64,000 nucleotides of DNA from a plasmid: sequence record AP029160.1. One strand, 5' to 3'. Numbering within the stretch: position 1 is the stretch's first letter; each line of letters starts with the position of its first letter. This document shows positions 1 to 11,031 of this stretch, in pieces. The notes beneath the pieces are model-generated. The model ran no database searches. It was given only the letters and a program-made list of their open reading frames with translations, and was not told the DNA's origin. Made by a program: the position numbers and the translations under genes.

Positions 1-1063
1 TAAATATTACGTTTACCATTTTTCCTAATACTACTTTTGAAAACATCACTACAATTAAAGTTGAACATATTACAGCTATTGCTACTTTAAGAATAAGTAA
101 TAAATTATCAGCAGCAAGCGAAAGTCCAAAGTCTAAATTTGTAGATGCAGAGCTGTAAGAAAAAATATCGTTGTTTGAAAAAGAAGAAAAAAGCATATTT
201 AAGACTATAACTTGTGTTTTAGCAAGTAGAGACATAATTGCAAATGCACCGCATAGTTTTAAAGGCTTAGTTGGATCTAAGCCTGAAAAAAATGTAACTG
301 CCATTACAAAAATAGGAAGGAACATTAATCCTAAATATTGTAGGGTATAAAGTAATAAATTCATTAAATCTAAAATAATCAATAACATCATGGTAATACC
401 ACCAAGAATCATTGAAACAATATTCCCAATAGAACCTGCAAAATTGAATGAGATTAAATTCTTTGTAAAATCTAAATTTGCTTGAAAGATTGGATTCATT
501 GATTCCGAATAACGTTCATAAATATTATATTCAAATAAGGAGTTTATTGAAGAATCTAAAAATAACGTAATAGAATCATAAAATACATCAAAATATGCCA
601 TTGAAACATATGCAATTATTCCAAACACAAACGCTTCAAAAACTTCCGAGGGACCTCTCCAAGCATTTAATGCAAGCCTTGAGTGTAGTGCTATACCTGA
701 AAAAAGAACTGCTAATATACTCGTTGCAGTTCCCATTGCCCCAGCTGAAATTAATGAACTTATTGATTGTGCTATTTGCGCAACCCAATTAAAGCTAAAT
801 ACCCAGACACCTACTACTGTAATATTTTGATAAGTTGATATTTTACTGCTTGTAAATGATATCGTGTGTTTTGAATCAATAAATCCTTTTAGTAGAAAAT
901 ATCCAGCAGCGAAAGCAAAGCAGTATTTAATAACATTTAAAAAGTTTTCTTTTTTATATGCTCCTGTCCATAAATTATAAGCTAAAAAACAAACCATTCC
1001 CAAAGCAGTAATAGATGTTATAGATTGAATAATAGGTTTAAGAGACAAGATATCTAGTGACAT
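1..1063 (-). CDS. Polytopic membrane protein, 5' part only (C-terminus lies beyond the window start); multi-TM profile and position after a VirB5-like gene suggest a VirB6/TrbL-like T4SS channel protein
   Basis: Minus-strand frame is open from an ATG at 1061-1063 (reverse complement) to the window edge. The translation (MSLDILSLKPIIQSITSITALGMVCFLAYNLW...) is hydrophobic with many predicted TM helices. It is absent from the ORF track because there is no stop inside the window. Confidence 0.4.
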   Translation of the reverse strand, partial: MSLDILSLKPIIQSITSITALGMVCFLAYNLWTGAYKKENFLNVIKYCFAFAAGYFLLKGFIDSKHTISFTSSKISTYQNITVVGVWVFSFNWVAQIAQSISSLISAGAMGTATSILAVLFSGIALHSRLALNAWRGPSEVFEAFVFGIIAYVSMAYFDVFYDSITLFLDSSINSLFEYNIYERYSESMNPIFQANLDFTKNLISFNFAGSIGNIVSMILGGITMMLLIILDLMNLLLYTLQYLGLMFLPIFVMAVTFFSGLDPTKPLKLCGAFAIMSLLAKTQVIVLNMLFSSFSNNDIFSYSSASTNLDFGLSLAADNLLLILKVAIAVICSTLIVVMFSKVVLGKMVNVIF

Positions 1064-1086
1064 TTTCCCCTCATTTTTATTTATTA

Positions 1087-2082
1087 CTAATTTTCTTTAT
1101 TGGTTCCAGGATAGTTTTCCCCTTCACTTGCTGCATTAAAAACACTCATGTAGTCTTTTGCCTTTGGGACTTTCATGTTTTTTGGAATGACAAACGCTTG
1201 CGGATTCATCGCAAAAATTAAAGCATTTATCGAATTTAAGATTTCAACTTGAACAGCATATTGATTGATTTGTAATTGAAGCATCATTTGCTTACTAAGC
1301 TCATGCACAACATCTGCTTCACTTTTATCTTTTGGAAGCTTATTGGCTGCTTTATCTTTAGCTACTTTTTTTCTTATGTCTTTTAGTTGATTGTTAAAAG
1401 AAAAAGCGCGTACTTCATGATAAATTGCCTTCAAATTTTGATTTGAAGCATAGATGAAACATTTTTCGATAAATGGTCTTTTTGAATTTGGAGTTTTTGA
1501 AGCGCTATCCCAAGCTGCATACATATCTTGGTATTGTGAAGCAATATCATTAATTGTTTTCACTAATATTTGTGAATACCAATCAAAACGTTTTAATCTA
1601 ACCTTTGCCCAATCTGAATTTTCAGATACAAGTCCTGTTATATATTCAGAAAGTTGTTTAGCTTGAATATAAAATATATTTTGATCTGTACTGATTAATG
1701 ATTGCAAAAAGTCTCTTGATTTTTCTGTAGCAAGCATGACTTTATTAATTTGATCAATCAATTGGTTCCAAGTATCAGAAACAGTTTTTATATTATTATA
1801 GGTCTTCATGAACGGATCCATGAATTTATTAAAATTTTCCAATTCTTGTTTAATCATTTCTGCTACAGAAGCTATCTGCGAAGTCATTGCAACTAAAGTA
1901 GCGTCAATTTTCGATAAAATTGGCGTATCCGAAGAAACTATACCATGCGCTGATTTTTCTTTTGAAAGTGCAACTGCACCGATTAAGGCACCTAAAATTA
2001 CTTTTCCAACAGCTCTTCTTTTTATATTTTCACTTTCTTTATTTTCTTTAATAGTGTCTCCTGAAAAATCATTTTCTTTCAT
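1087..2082 (-). CDS. Hypothetical protein, possibly a VirB5/TrbJ-like T4SS component
   Basis: 331-aa ORF with an N-terminal hydrophobic segment (KVILGALIGAVALS) and a helical rest. Its position between the VirB4-like and VirB6-like genes matches virB gene order. Confidence 0.3.
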   Translation of the reverse strand: MKENDFSGDTIKENKESENIKRRAVGKVILGALIGAVALSKEKSAHGIVSSDTPILSKIDATLVAMTSQIASVAEMIKQELENFNKFMDPFMKTYNNIKTVSDTWNQLIDQINKVMLATEKSRDFLQSLISTDQNIFYIQAKQLSEYITGLVSENSDWAKVRLKRFDWYSQILVKTINDIASQYQDMYAAWDSASKTPNSKRPFIEKCFIYASNQNLKAIYHEVRAFSFNNQLKDIRKKVAKDKAANKLPKDKSEADVVHELSKQMMLQLQINQYAVQVEILNSINALIFAMNPQAFVIPKNMKVPKAKDYMSVFNAASEGENYPGTNKEN

Positions 2083-2145
2083 AATTTTCCTTCTTTTCTA
2101 ATTTATTATTTAATTTTAAATCTTATTTTTTAATGATTGAATCAG

Positions 2146-4875
2146 CTAAAAATTAGCATGATCTACTTTAAAGATTGTTCTAATAATATCTTGCTCTAAT
2201 TTTTCATGTACCTGATTTTCAGGAATAGCTTCTTCCCATTTTGCAAGTTTCTCACAGACTTCAAATATTTTTAACCCTGAATATTTCATTGCTTTTTTAC
2301 GAATTGCTCTACCGCCATTGTGTGTGGTAGAGGCCCATAAAAAACTACTTTCGTATTCTGCATAAAGAGAAATCATATTATTTAAATGGTCACAGTATCC
2401 TACTATACGATCAACAACTTTATTTTTTGCCGCATATTTAGCCGCCATTTGAATGGATTTTTCAATTTCAAGCATTTTTTTAATGCGCCCATTTGGAATG
2501 GCTGAACCTAAATCTGTTAAGGGTTCACGTGCTAAAATACTTAAAACTTTTAAATTTTGAGGCAATGTAAAGAAAAAACAACGTTGCATTGCTTCCAATA
2601 AGCTGTACTCACTTGCCATTCGATCTTCTTCTAATACAATTTTAGGGATTAAGAGGTCGCAAGCATCTTGTGTTAAAAGCCAGAGCGAAGCCCCAAATTT
2701 ACGGTTTTGACTTGCTCGCTCTCTTAACCATGAATGAGGAATATAATCACGCCACCATTGTAATTCGTCTATGCAATAGAAAAAATTTGAGGGTTCATTT
2801 TCACCACCTGACTTAAAGCGTTCTTCTAGCAAATTTCCAAATTCCAGAACTAAGGAAGCAAAAGCAGCAATTAAGGTTTTATCATCTTTCGTTTGAGTAT
2901 TTTTACAGGCATAAAAAAAGTGAATATCATATATATCATTTTCATTGTATTTAGGTTGCTCAGGATCAAATATGTCACCATTAATGCCTCCTTTGCAAAA
3001 ACAATCTAAACGAGCCTTATATTCATCCCAATTTGATCGTTTTAATTCTTTATTTGAAATTGTTTCAAAGTAACTTGATAAATTTTTTTCTAATATTGTT
3101 CTAAATTCTGACAAGCGATTTAAATTTTCTCGATAGAATTCATTCAAAGAACTTGTTACAACATTACCATCTGAAGCTGTTTGAGATTTGGGTTCTTCCG
3201 GGTCAAAACCCATTAATTGGCATAAGAATTTCTTTGCATATTTTACTTTATCTCCAAAAGGTTTGAATAAATTTAATGGATGAATATCAATAGGTTTATA
3301 TTTTCCTATACTATTATCGTAATTTAGTTTCAAAACAAAATCTGCAAGACCATCTTCTAAAAATGAAAATGAATCACCTAAATCTAAAATAAATCCTGAA
3401 GCTTTAAATCCTTTTCTTCGCATTTCAATATGATGTGCAAATAATCTACCAGCAATCAAACTTTTTCCATTTCCTGGCAAGCCCACAATTACAGTAGATT
3501 TAGGATCAAAATATGGGAATGACCATATTGTATTTTCAGTTGTTCTAAAATTAAAAGAACGCATATCTGAAAATTCACCTTTAATTGCAGGGAATGGAAC
3601 ATAACAAAACGCTTCTAAAGTTGAATAGATATTTTGTGTTCTAAATTTATTAAAGCTTCTGCTACCAGGTAGAATTGAAAATAAAGCATCTTTTAAATAT
3701 GCATTTTCGCGAGAAAAAAATGGTCTATAATCCGAATCAGGATATTCATCTGCTTTGAATTCTAGCTCAGTTAACGCTTTATTTACTTCATGCTTATCAC
3801 CAAATACTACTAAATTAATTGACATGGATAATTTAACCGAACGACCTTCTTCTGCATCAATTGTTTGTTGTTCTAAAGATTCAATCTTCTTTGCATTTGA
3901 TTTTTTATCCGTTAATTTTTCTTGCTGAAGGATGCCCACTAGTTCTTTGATCTTAGCGGATACACCATCTTGCCCTCGAAAAGTTGCACAAATAATGTTA
4001 TTAAGTTTATCCAGTGGTTTATAAAATAAATTAAAATCTGAGGACACCAAGTGCGGTAAAGAAGCTAGACTTGATGCTCCGTGCACTAAATCTCCATTAT
4101 AGGCATTCACTTCTTTATCCCCAAAAAAATACGTTAAAGGATAAATCGGTTTCTCAACATCAATCTGAGGATTTAAAGGGGCAAAGACGAATTGAGAATA
4201 CTTGCTTATTTCTTTACGCGTCATTTTTTTACCAAGAAATTCCAATCTTTCTTTAATTTTATCTTTATATTTTTTGTGACTCCCATTAAATAAAGATAAG
4301 AAAATGAAATATCTTTGATCTTTTATTTTCTTTTTCCTTAAAATCTCTCTTTCATAAATGATTTGTTCATCTTTTATATCACTATTCATTCGAATGAATT
4401 GAACCTGATCTAATGCTGGTAATTCTTTTAGTATATTTTCAACAGCACTTTTAAATGAATTTTCAAAGTCAGGATCATCTGTTCTAATAATTTCAAATCC
4501 AATTATTTCATTTCCTTCCATATCATATAAGGTTTCATCTTTAATTTCATTTTTTGTATCAAATTTTGCTGTTTTTTCACTACTCAATCTTAACTTTCTT
4601 CTTTTTATTTTATTTATAATATATGCATAAATATTTTCTTTTTTCTCTAGATCATAGCGACCACCCAAATACCATTCACCAAAAAGGATGCCGCCAATTG
4701 TCCCAAATATTGGAAGAATCGCACCTAAATATGGAATTACATGTGAAAATATATTTCCAAAAAATATTCCAAGTAAAAACCCTAAAAAACCATATGTAAA
4801 CGATTTCTTTTTCACAGTATTAAAAAATTTTGGTCGATTCCTTAATAAACTTGTAACCGTTTTAACTTTCTCCAC
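2146..4875 (-). CDS. virB4: VirB4/TrbE-family conjugative type IV secretion ATPase with an N-terminal TM (VirB3-like) region
   Basis: 909 aa. Walker A GLPGNGKS, a Walker B-like CIDELQWW, and two N-terminal hydrophobic helices. Confidence 0.8.
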   Translation of the reverse strand: MEKVKTVTSLLRNRPKFFNTVKKKSFTYGFLGFLLGIFFGNIFSHVIPYLGAILPIFGTIGGILFGEWYLGGRYDLEKKENIYAYIINKIKRRKLRLSSEKTAKFDTKNEIKDETLYDMEGNEIIGFEIIRTDDPDFENSFKSAVENILKELPALDQVQFIRMNSDIKDEQIIYEREILRKKKIKDQRYFIFLSLFNGSHKKYKDKIKERLEFLGKKMTRKEISKYSQFVFAPLNPQIDVEKPIYPLTYFFGDKEVNAYNGDLVHGASSLASLPHLVSSDFNLFYKPLDKLNNIICATFRGQDGVSAKIKELVGILQQEKLTDKKSNAKKIESLEQQTIDAEEGRSVKLSMSINLVVFGDKHEVNKALTELEFKADEYPDSDYRPFFSRENAYLKDALFSILPGSRSFNKFRTQNIYSTLEAFCYVPFPAIKGEFSDMRSFNFRTTENTIWSFPYFDPKSTVIVGLPGNGKSLIAGRLFAHHIEMRRKGFKASGFILDLGDSFSFLEDGLADFVLKLNYDNSIGKYKPIDIHPLNLFKPFGDKVKYAKKFLCQLMGFDPEEPKSQTASDGNVVTSSLNEFYRENLNRLSEFRTILEKNLSSYFETISNKELKRSNWDEYKARLDCFCKGGINGDIFDPEQPKYNENDIYDIHFFYACKNTQTKDDKTLIAAFASLVLEFGNLLEERFKSGGENEPSNFFYCIDELQWWRDYIPHSWLRERASQNRKFGASLWLLTQDACDLLIPKIVLEEDRMASEYSLLEAMQRCFFFTLPQNLKVLSILAREPLTDLGSAIPNGRIKKMLEIEKSIQMAAKYAAKNKVVDRIVGYCDHLNNMISLYAEYESSFLWASTTHNGGRAIRKKAMKYSGLKIFEVCEKLAKWEEAIPENQVHEKLEQDIIRTIFKVDHANF

Positions 4876-4913
4876 AAGTTATTTCCTCTCAATTTTAATT
4901 GTTAATTTTTGCC

Positions 4914-5288
4914 TTAAGAACCGGAAGGATTAACCCATTTAATGGGATCAAGAACAGCTGAAAAAGTGGCTCGAAGAGGTTCTGAATAGAATGTTCCTAC
5001 AAAATAAATAAGTATAATTATTGCAAATGATCCCCATACCCATCCCGTAATAGTTCTACTTTTTGGAATCCATATCCACAATCCTGCACTAGCTAATAAA
5101 AAAACAAGTCCTAAAAGAAATACCACAGGGGACATGGAACGAATTGCTGAAGTTAAATTTGTTGTAGCAGTTATATATCCGCTAACTCCAGCATCTTGTG
5201 CATAAGATAAATGAAACGCTGTGAATTTAAAGATAAGTAAAATTTTAAATATAAAGTTTAAATTTTTTAATAGCATTTTATTTCTCAT
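4914..5288 (-). CDS. Small membrane protein, VirB2/TrbC pilin-like
   Basis: 124 aa with a long N-terminal signal-like segment plus two hydrophobic helices. It lies immediately upstream of the virB4-like gene. Confidence 0.4.
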   Translation of the reverse strand: MRNKMLLKNLNFIFKILLIFKFTAFHLSYAQDAGVSGYITATTNLTSAIRSMSPVVFLLGLVFLLASAGLWIWIPKSRTITGWVWGSFAIIILIYFVGTFYSEPLRATFSAVLDPIKWVNPSGS

Positions 5289-5325
5289 AATTATCCTTAT
5301 TTTATTATTAAATTTTATCTTTTAA

Positions 5326-6075
5326 TTATTCTTTTTTATCTACATTAATTCCAAGTGTATACTCTAGATGTGTTTTTAAATTTCTTGTTAAACCTGGCAT
5401 AACACTTTCAAAATAACCATAGCGCGTATCCTTTTCAAAACAGCCATCTTTTGAGTAATAAAATTGCCATACTTTTATTGCAAAATTTGGAGATACAGGT
5501 ATCCATGAGTCTTCTTCTTTCATGCTCTCGCTTTGTGAATTTACAAATCCATCTTTTCCCATCCAAAGTGGATAAATAATATCACATTTTTTTAATCCAT
5601 TTTGGATGTTTCCTAATCCACCAATTTTAGATGGATCAATTTGAGCTATTTTCATATTTTCTAATATTGAATTTATATTTGATTGATTGCCGCTTGGAAT
5701 TGATCCATTCATTTTCTTTAGTTGATTTGAATTAACAATTGTTTGAAGTTGCAATTGCAATTGATCATTTACATGCTGAAGTTGCTCGTTTCTTTGTGTT
5801 AGATCTTTTGATGGTTCATCATAGAAAAAATATGAAAAAAGAGCTCCAGTAAGACAACCGGTTACCCCACCCATATAGGTCATAATTTGTTTTGGTTGTG
5901 AGTCATATCCTCCATAATTTCCAATCATATAACCACTTGCAAGACCAGCTGCACAACCTCCTGCTGTAGTAGCGAGAAATTTACCTGCATAACTCCACTC
6001 TGCTTTTGCTGTATTAGTAGTAATAACTAATGATAAAAATAATAAAATAACTTTAGAAAATAGTTTATTTTTCAT
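5326..6075 (-). CDS. Secreted protein with glycine-zipper segments
   Basis: Signal peptide MKNKLFSKVILLFLSLVITTNTAKA followed by GGCAAGLASGYMIGNYGG and GGVTGCLTGALF glycine zippers. Confidence 0.4.
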   Translation of the reverse strand: MKNKLFSKVILLFLSLVITTNTAKAEWSYAGKFLATTAGGCAAGLASGYMIGNYGGYDSQPKQIMTYMGGVTGCLTGALFSYFFYDEPSKDLTQRNEQLQHVNDQLQLQLQTIVNSNQLKKMNGSIPSGNQSNINSILENMKIAQIDPSKIGGLGNIQNGLKKCDIIYPLWMGKDGFVNSQSESMKEEDSWIPVSPNFAIKVWQFYYSKDGCFEKDTRYGYFESVMPGLTRNLKTHLEYTLGINVDKKE

Positions 6076-6331
6076 TTAATAGTTTTTCCTTCCTTAGTAT
6101 ATAATCGATTTCACCATATTTTTTATTTAAATCTTTCAAACCTTTAGCTATCAAATATTTTAAAAGTCCTGGACCAGATAATGTTTGTCGCTCATTTATT
6201 TTAAGCTCATATCGTTTTCTATTTATTAAAATTACTTTTAATTCATCAAAATCTTTAAATGAAAAACTCAGATTTATCCTCTCCCTTTCTTTTCTATTTT
6301 CTATTTGTTTATTCTTCCTAGGAGTAACCAT
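6065..6331 (-). CDS. Small basic hypothetical protein
   Basis: 88-aa ORF that overlaps the start of the upstream gene by 11 bp. Confidence 0.25.
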   Translation of the reverse strand: MVTPRKNKQIENRKERERINLSFSFKDFDELKVILINRKRYELKINERQTLSGPGLLKYLIAKGLKDLNKKYGEIDYILRKEKLLNEK

Positions 6332-6830
6332 ATATTGTTACCTTTTTGGTTCTTTTCATTTTAAAAAAACTGTGAAAGATCATCTATCACAGCAATATAT
6401 TTGATTAATAATTTATCTTTATTTTATTTTTAAAATTAATGTGATTTTGGATTGAATATTAGATTCATATAATCTTAATAATATACTAATAGATTCCTCC
6501 TTCTTTTTATTTCTGCTTTCATTATATTAAGAATAAGTTTTAATTTTTTCATATCTTTTATAAATCTCTTGTCATTTAGTTGCTCAAACAATTCAAACGA
6601 GCTTAGAAACAACAATTCTTGTTTAAAATAACGATAAAAGTAAAATATTTTTTTTGAATTTAATTTCCTAATGACGGGTAATGGATTTATATAAATTTTT
6701 ATTAAATAATCTTCCATAATCATTCTTATCCTTGGTATCAAATAAAAAGTGATTATAGATTTATTTAATCTATAATCACTTTAATTTTTTTTATGCTATA
6801 TTTGATTAATTATTTACAATTCACTTTTAT

Positions 6831-9296
6831 TTATAGTGATTCAAAATAGATTTTAATAAATCCATCTTGCCCTGCGCTACCACTTGATCCAGCGGCACCT
6901 ACATGAGACCCATAATAATAGCCACCATTTTGTTTTGTTCCACCAGATCCTCCAGCGCCTCCATTACCACCTGAACCAACATTAATTTGTATGGTTTGCC
7001 CAGGGACAACAGGAACTGTGTACGTTTCTATTCTTGTAGACCATCCAAAAGAATAAGCAGGAGTTCCACCATTTCCTCCAGGTCCTCCGATATTATTTTG
7101 CTCGACAGCGAAATTTGTTGAGTAGTTTGTACCGCCAGCTCCTCCTGAGCCTGAAACACCACCTAGACATGAAAGAGAAGGATCACGCGTTGCATATCTA
7201 TCAGGAGCAGAAAAACTTTGATTTCCAAAACTTGTCGCTACACCGATTCCACCATTCCCACCACTTCCACCATGTTGCCATGCATCAAAGTGACGGTTGT
7301 CAGTTGGAGTACATGTAGTTCCATCATTATTTTGAGAGTAACAAAATTGTCCATACTTACCTGAAGTACCGCCAACTACACCAGCATCGTTTACGGCTCC
7401 GCCTGAACCACCATTTCCGCCAAGTGAGCTTGTTCCCCACGACCCATTAAATAAAGCTCCGGCAGCGCCACCACCGCCTCCGCCAGCTCCCCCATTTGCT
7501 CCAGAACATCCGACAATTTTGACTGATGTTACGTTAGCAGGAACAGTCCAATTTTGAATTCCTGGAGTTCTAAATTCAATCGATTTTTCAGATCCATCAG
7601 CAAGAGAGTTGCAAGCTTTTTGGCTTTGGCCGAGAACCTCTTTACAACGATTTTTTGTTACTAAGATGGCATTTTCAGGTGTAAAAAGCCCCTTATCATT
7701 TACTTCATTTAATATGAGATTTTGAATATTTAAGTTTTTAATTCCATCAAGATCTGAAACTGCTGTGTTTGCTATATTTAATGTTGCCAATTTTCCCATA
7801 TTTTTAAAAATATTTGTTGATGTTAATCCTTGGTAATTACCATTTGATAATTTGCAACCATTGCCACTTAAATCCAAATACTCTAAATTAGTTAAATTTT
7901 GAATATTAATTGCAGTAATAAAGTCATTATATTTGTTACAATTTCCAATAGAGCTACGATTAAAACTATTCCTATCAATAAAAGAAATGAGGCGACTAGC
8001 AGAAAGTGATCCAAAATAACTGTTTAGTGCGCTATCTGGAAAAGCTGAATTTGATATATCTAGAGCTGTTAATTTATAAAGGTTAACCAAAATATTTGCT
8101 TCTTCGTTTTTTATTTTTGAAAAATCATTTCCCGAAATATCTAAGGTAGAAATTTGGGTTAAATTTTCCAATTGTTTTAAACTTTTTAAACCAATACTTT
8201 TAGCCTTCAATACTCTTAAGTTTTTAAGATTTTTAATATTATCTAAATTCTCAATTTTAACATTTTCAGAAATATCTAATTCTTCAAGATTTGACAAATA
8301 TTTAGTGATAATAGAAATATCTTTTATATCTAAATCACGTACAGAAAGTTTTTTCAGATGAGATAATTTAGAAAGCAGTCTTAAATCTTTAGGGTCTACT
8401 TTTGTACCTGAAATATCTAGAGAAACAAGATTTGGAAGATTGATAATTGCATTTAAATTATTTAAATTCGTATTTGCCAAATGAAGTGAAGTCAGAGACT
8501 GTACAGCAGTAATCGCGTCAAAACTTGTAAATTTTTCATCTACTGAAATCAAATTGGGATTATAATTTAAATTTAAATCCTGATTAGATTTATCCTTTAA
8601 ATATTGGGAAACACGTAAAATAGAATCATCTGCATCTGAACTTTGAATGCCTGAGTATTTCTTAATATATAGAGCACCTTTATCATTCAATTTGTAATAT
8701 CCAGCAAATGTTAAATTTAATACAACTTCAAAACTTGTTGCGGCAGTATAAACTTTATTATCTTCAGCAGAATTTGCATTAATCGTCACTTTACAGATAG
8801 TTAATGCTGTAATGTATTTTGTATTAATTGCAATAACATTTTCAGTTTTATTATAGCTAAATATATTAGGACAAGCTTCATCATTAGCAGATCCAACAAC
8901 ACCTAATGCTGAGATATTTATAGTTGGGTCACCTGTTAGCTCTTTCTTTTCAATTTTTATTGGAATTCCTGCGTATGGAACTAATTTATTCTCGGAATCA
9001 AAGTCCGCTCCTAAACCACCATTTTTAATTGCTGTAAAAAGAGCACCTCCTTCGCTATAAACAATGTCAGAATTTGAATTTACATTAGCAGCAAGGCTTT
9101 TATTAGAAACTGTCTGTTTTGGTGATGAATAAATAGGATCTTGTGGAATGGAAGCAGACATATTTAAATTAGGAGTTTTAAGAACAGTAACATCCTTAGT
9201 ATTTGTATCATTTTTTGGATCAATTCCGCATCCATAAAATAAAGCTGTTATTGTTACTGAAACCACAGAGAAATGCAAACAAGCGTTCTTAACCAT
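6831..9296 (-). CDS. Leucine-rich-repeat (internalin-like) lipoprotein with a glycine-rich C-terminal region
   Basis: 821 aa. Lipobox-like LFYGC N-terminus, a long run of LxxLxLxxN LRR units (LTSLHLANTNLNNL..., LDISGNDFSK...), and a C-terminal ~250 aa rich in GGxGG motifs. Confidence 0.7.
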   Translation of the reverse strand: MVKNACLHFSVVSVTITALFYGCGIDPKNDTNTKDVTVLKTPNLNMSASIPQDPIYSSPKQTVSNKSLAANVNSNSDIVYSEGGALFTAIKNGGLGADFDSENKLVPYAGIPIKIEKKELTGDPTINISALGVVGSANDEACPNIFSYNKTENVIAINTKYITALTICKVTINANSAEDNKVYTAATSFEVVLNLTFAGYYKLNDKGALYIKKYSGIQSSDADDSILRVSQYLKDKSNQDLNLNYNPNLISVDEKFTSFDAITAVQSLTSLHLANTNLNNLNAIINLPNLVSLDISGTKVDPKDLRLLSKLSHLKKLSVRDLDIKDISIITKYLSNLEELDISENVKIENLDNIKNLKNLRVLKAKSIGLKSLKQLENLTQISTLDISGNDFSKIKNEEANILVNLYKLTALDISNSAFPDSALNSYFGSLSASRLISFIDRNSFNRSSIGNCNKYNDFITAINIQNLTNLEYLDLSGNGCKLSNGNYQGLTSTNIFKNMGKLATLNIANTAVSDLDGIKNLNIQNLILNEVNDKGLFTPENAILVTKNRCKEVLGQSQKACNSLADGSEKSIEFRTPGIQNWTVPANVTSVKIVGCSGANGGAGGGGGGAAGALFNGSWGTSSLGGNGGSGGAVNDAGVVGGTSGKYGQFCYSQNNDGTTCTPTDNRHFDAWQHGGSGGNGGIGVATSFGNQSFSAPDRYATRDPSLSCLGGVSGSGGAGGTNYSTNFAVEQNNIGGPGGNGGTPAYSFGWSTRIETYTVPVVPGQTIQINVGSGGNGGAGGSGGTKQNGGYYYGSHVGAAGSSGSAGQDGFIKIYFESL

Positions 9297-9384
9297 TTTT
9301 CCTCCTTAGAAAAAGAAACACTATTTGTACAAAAAAATTTTATTTAATTTTAAAATTAGGTACTAAATTATATGATTATAAAAA

Positions 9385-11031
9385 TTAATTACTTCTTAAA
9401 TTTGGATCTAGCCCATTGCACTGCAAGCGATTTTTATTTCCTTCTGGAAATGTTGAAAGACAATTTTCTCTAGTCATGAACACTCCGGTATCATAATTCC
9501 AAGGAGTTTCATTAAAAATAAACGTTATATTAGGGTTCCGCCAATCGATAGAACTTAAAAATGATCTTGCTGGCGTATCTGAAATATTCAAATACTTTAA
9601 ATTACTATAATTCATAAGTGGAAGCTGTATTAATCCAGAAAACATACCCACTCCCCAACTGGTATCAACACAGCCATTTCCATGAAGATCTAAATATTCA
9701 ATTTTTTCTAAAACGGCAATTGAAGAAATATTTTCTTTAAAATTATTTATCATATTACAATCTTTAGATTTCTTTTCCCAACGATTTCTGGCTACAAATT
9801 TTTTGAGTTTTTGGGGAAACTGTCTTCCTACAGAAAAAAAATAATCAGATAATACATTATCTGTAATAGGTGTAGAATTTGGATTATCTCGATCCACTGA
9901 AACATTTAAAACTTCTAAATTTATTAGACTAGTTAAATATCGTGTATCTGCATCTGTAAATTTTCTTAAAGGATTTTCTGAAATATCTAGGTCCTTAATT
10001 TGCGTTACATTATTTAATGGAAGCAACGTTGTGAGATTCATATTTCTCAATACTATTGTATTTAGTTTAGCTAGAGCTTTAATTTCTGATAAATTTTGAA
10101 TTTGATTACCTGAAATATCAAGTGAAATCAAATTAGGTTGCGTATCAATGATTGTTCTTAAACTAGTTATTTGATTATCACGAATTGATAATCTATCAAG
10201 CATTGGTAGCATCTCAAGTATTTTTTTTGCTCTTGAATCATTCAGATTTAATTTATTTAAAGTCATATCTTTTAAATTTTTAAACTCTTTTAAAAGATTA
10301 TAGTCACCTAAATCTGAATTCTTTATTTCAAATGTATCAACTAAACCTTTGGCTCCTTCTAAAAAATTAAGATTTTCTAAACTGAGATTTGCTATTGATA
10401 TTTTTTTACTTGACTTAATTTGATTGAATATTTCAATAATCTTTGAATCATCGGGATATTGTTGTCCTGAAAATTTCAAATAGTTCTTATCACTAATTTG
10501 CATATAAGCTTTCATTGTAAGATTGAAACGAACTTTAATTTTATTTGTTGATGAGATATCAATTACTCTTGTTTTTATATTTCTTGCACTTAAATTTAAA
10601 CTTAAATAGCAAGTTAATGGTTTTACGAAATTTGGAAGATTTATAGTAATTTGAGAACTATTTTTTGTGTAAGAAAATATATTTTGACATTCAGGATCTG
10701 ATTTATCAATTACATCTATTATAATTTCTGTATCATTATTAGGATTCACTTGAACAGGTATCCCAGAATACAATTCTAGTTTATCTTCGTTGCTTTCTAC
10801 CCCTAGCCCCCCAAAATTTGTTGCCTTATAAAATACGTTTCCAGCAGGACTTTTTTTATAAAGTGTTATGGTATTCGCAGACGGCAAAATAATTTGAGGT
10901 GGTGTTGCTATGTTAGTACTTCCATTGTCAGAATCATTACTACTTGTTTCACCCTTTTTACTACAACCTGTATTTGCAAGTAAGAAACAAAGGCTTGAAA
11001 TAAAAAATTTCTTTTTACTACTTAGATCCAC
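9385..11031 (-). CDS. Leucine-rich-repeat lipoprotein
   Basis: 548 aa. Lipoprotein signal LLANTGC and LRR units (LDISGNQIQNLSEIKALAKLNTIVLRNMNLTTL...). Confidence 0.7.
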   Translation of the reverse strand: MDLSSKKKFFISSLCFLLANTGCSKKGETSSNDSDNGSTNIATPPQIILPSANTITLYKKSPAGNVFYKATNFGGLGVESNEDKLELYSGIPVQVNPNNDTEIIIDVIDKSDPECQNIFSYTKNSSQITINLPNFVKPLTCYLSLNLSARNIKTRVIDISSTNKIKVRFNLTMKAYMQISDKNYLKFSGQQYPDDSKIIEIFNQIKSSKKISIANLSLENLNFLEGAKGLVDTFEIKNSDLGDYNLLKEFKNLKDMTLNKLNLNDSRAKKILEMLPMLDRLSIRDNQITSLRTIIDTQPNLISLDISGNQIQNLSEIKALAKLNTIVLRNMNLTTLLPLNNVTQIKDLDISENPLRKFTDADTRYLTSLINLEVLNVSVDRDNPNSTPITDNVLSDYFFSVGRQFPQKLKKFVARNRWEKKSKDCNMINNFKENISSIAVLEKIEYLDLHGNGCVDTSWGVGMFSGLIQLPLMNYSNLKYLNISDTPARSFLSSIDWRNPNITFIFNETPWNYDTGVFMTRENCLSTFPEGNKNRLQCNGLDPNLRSN

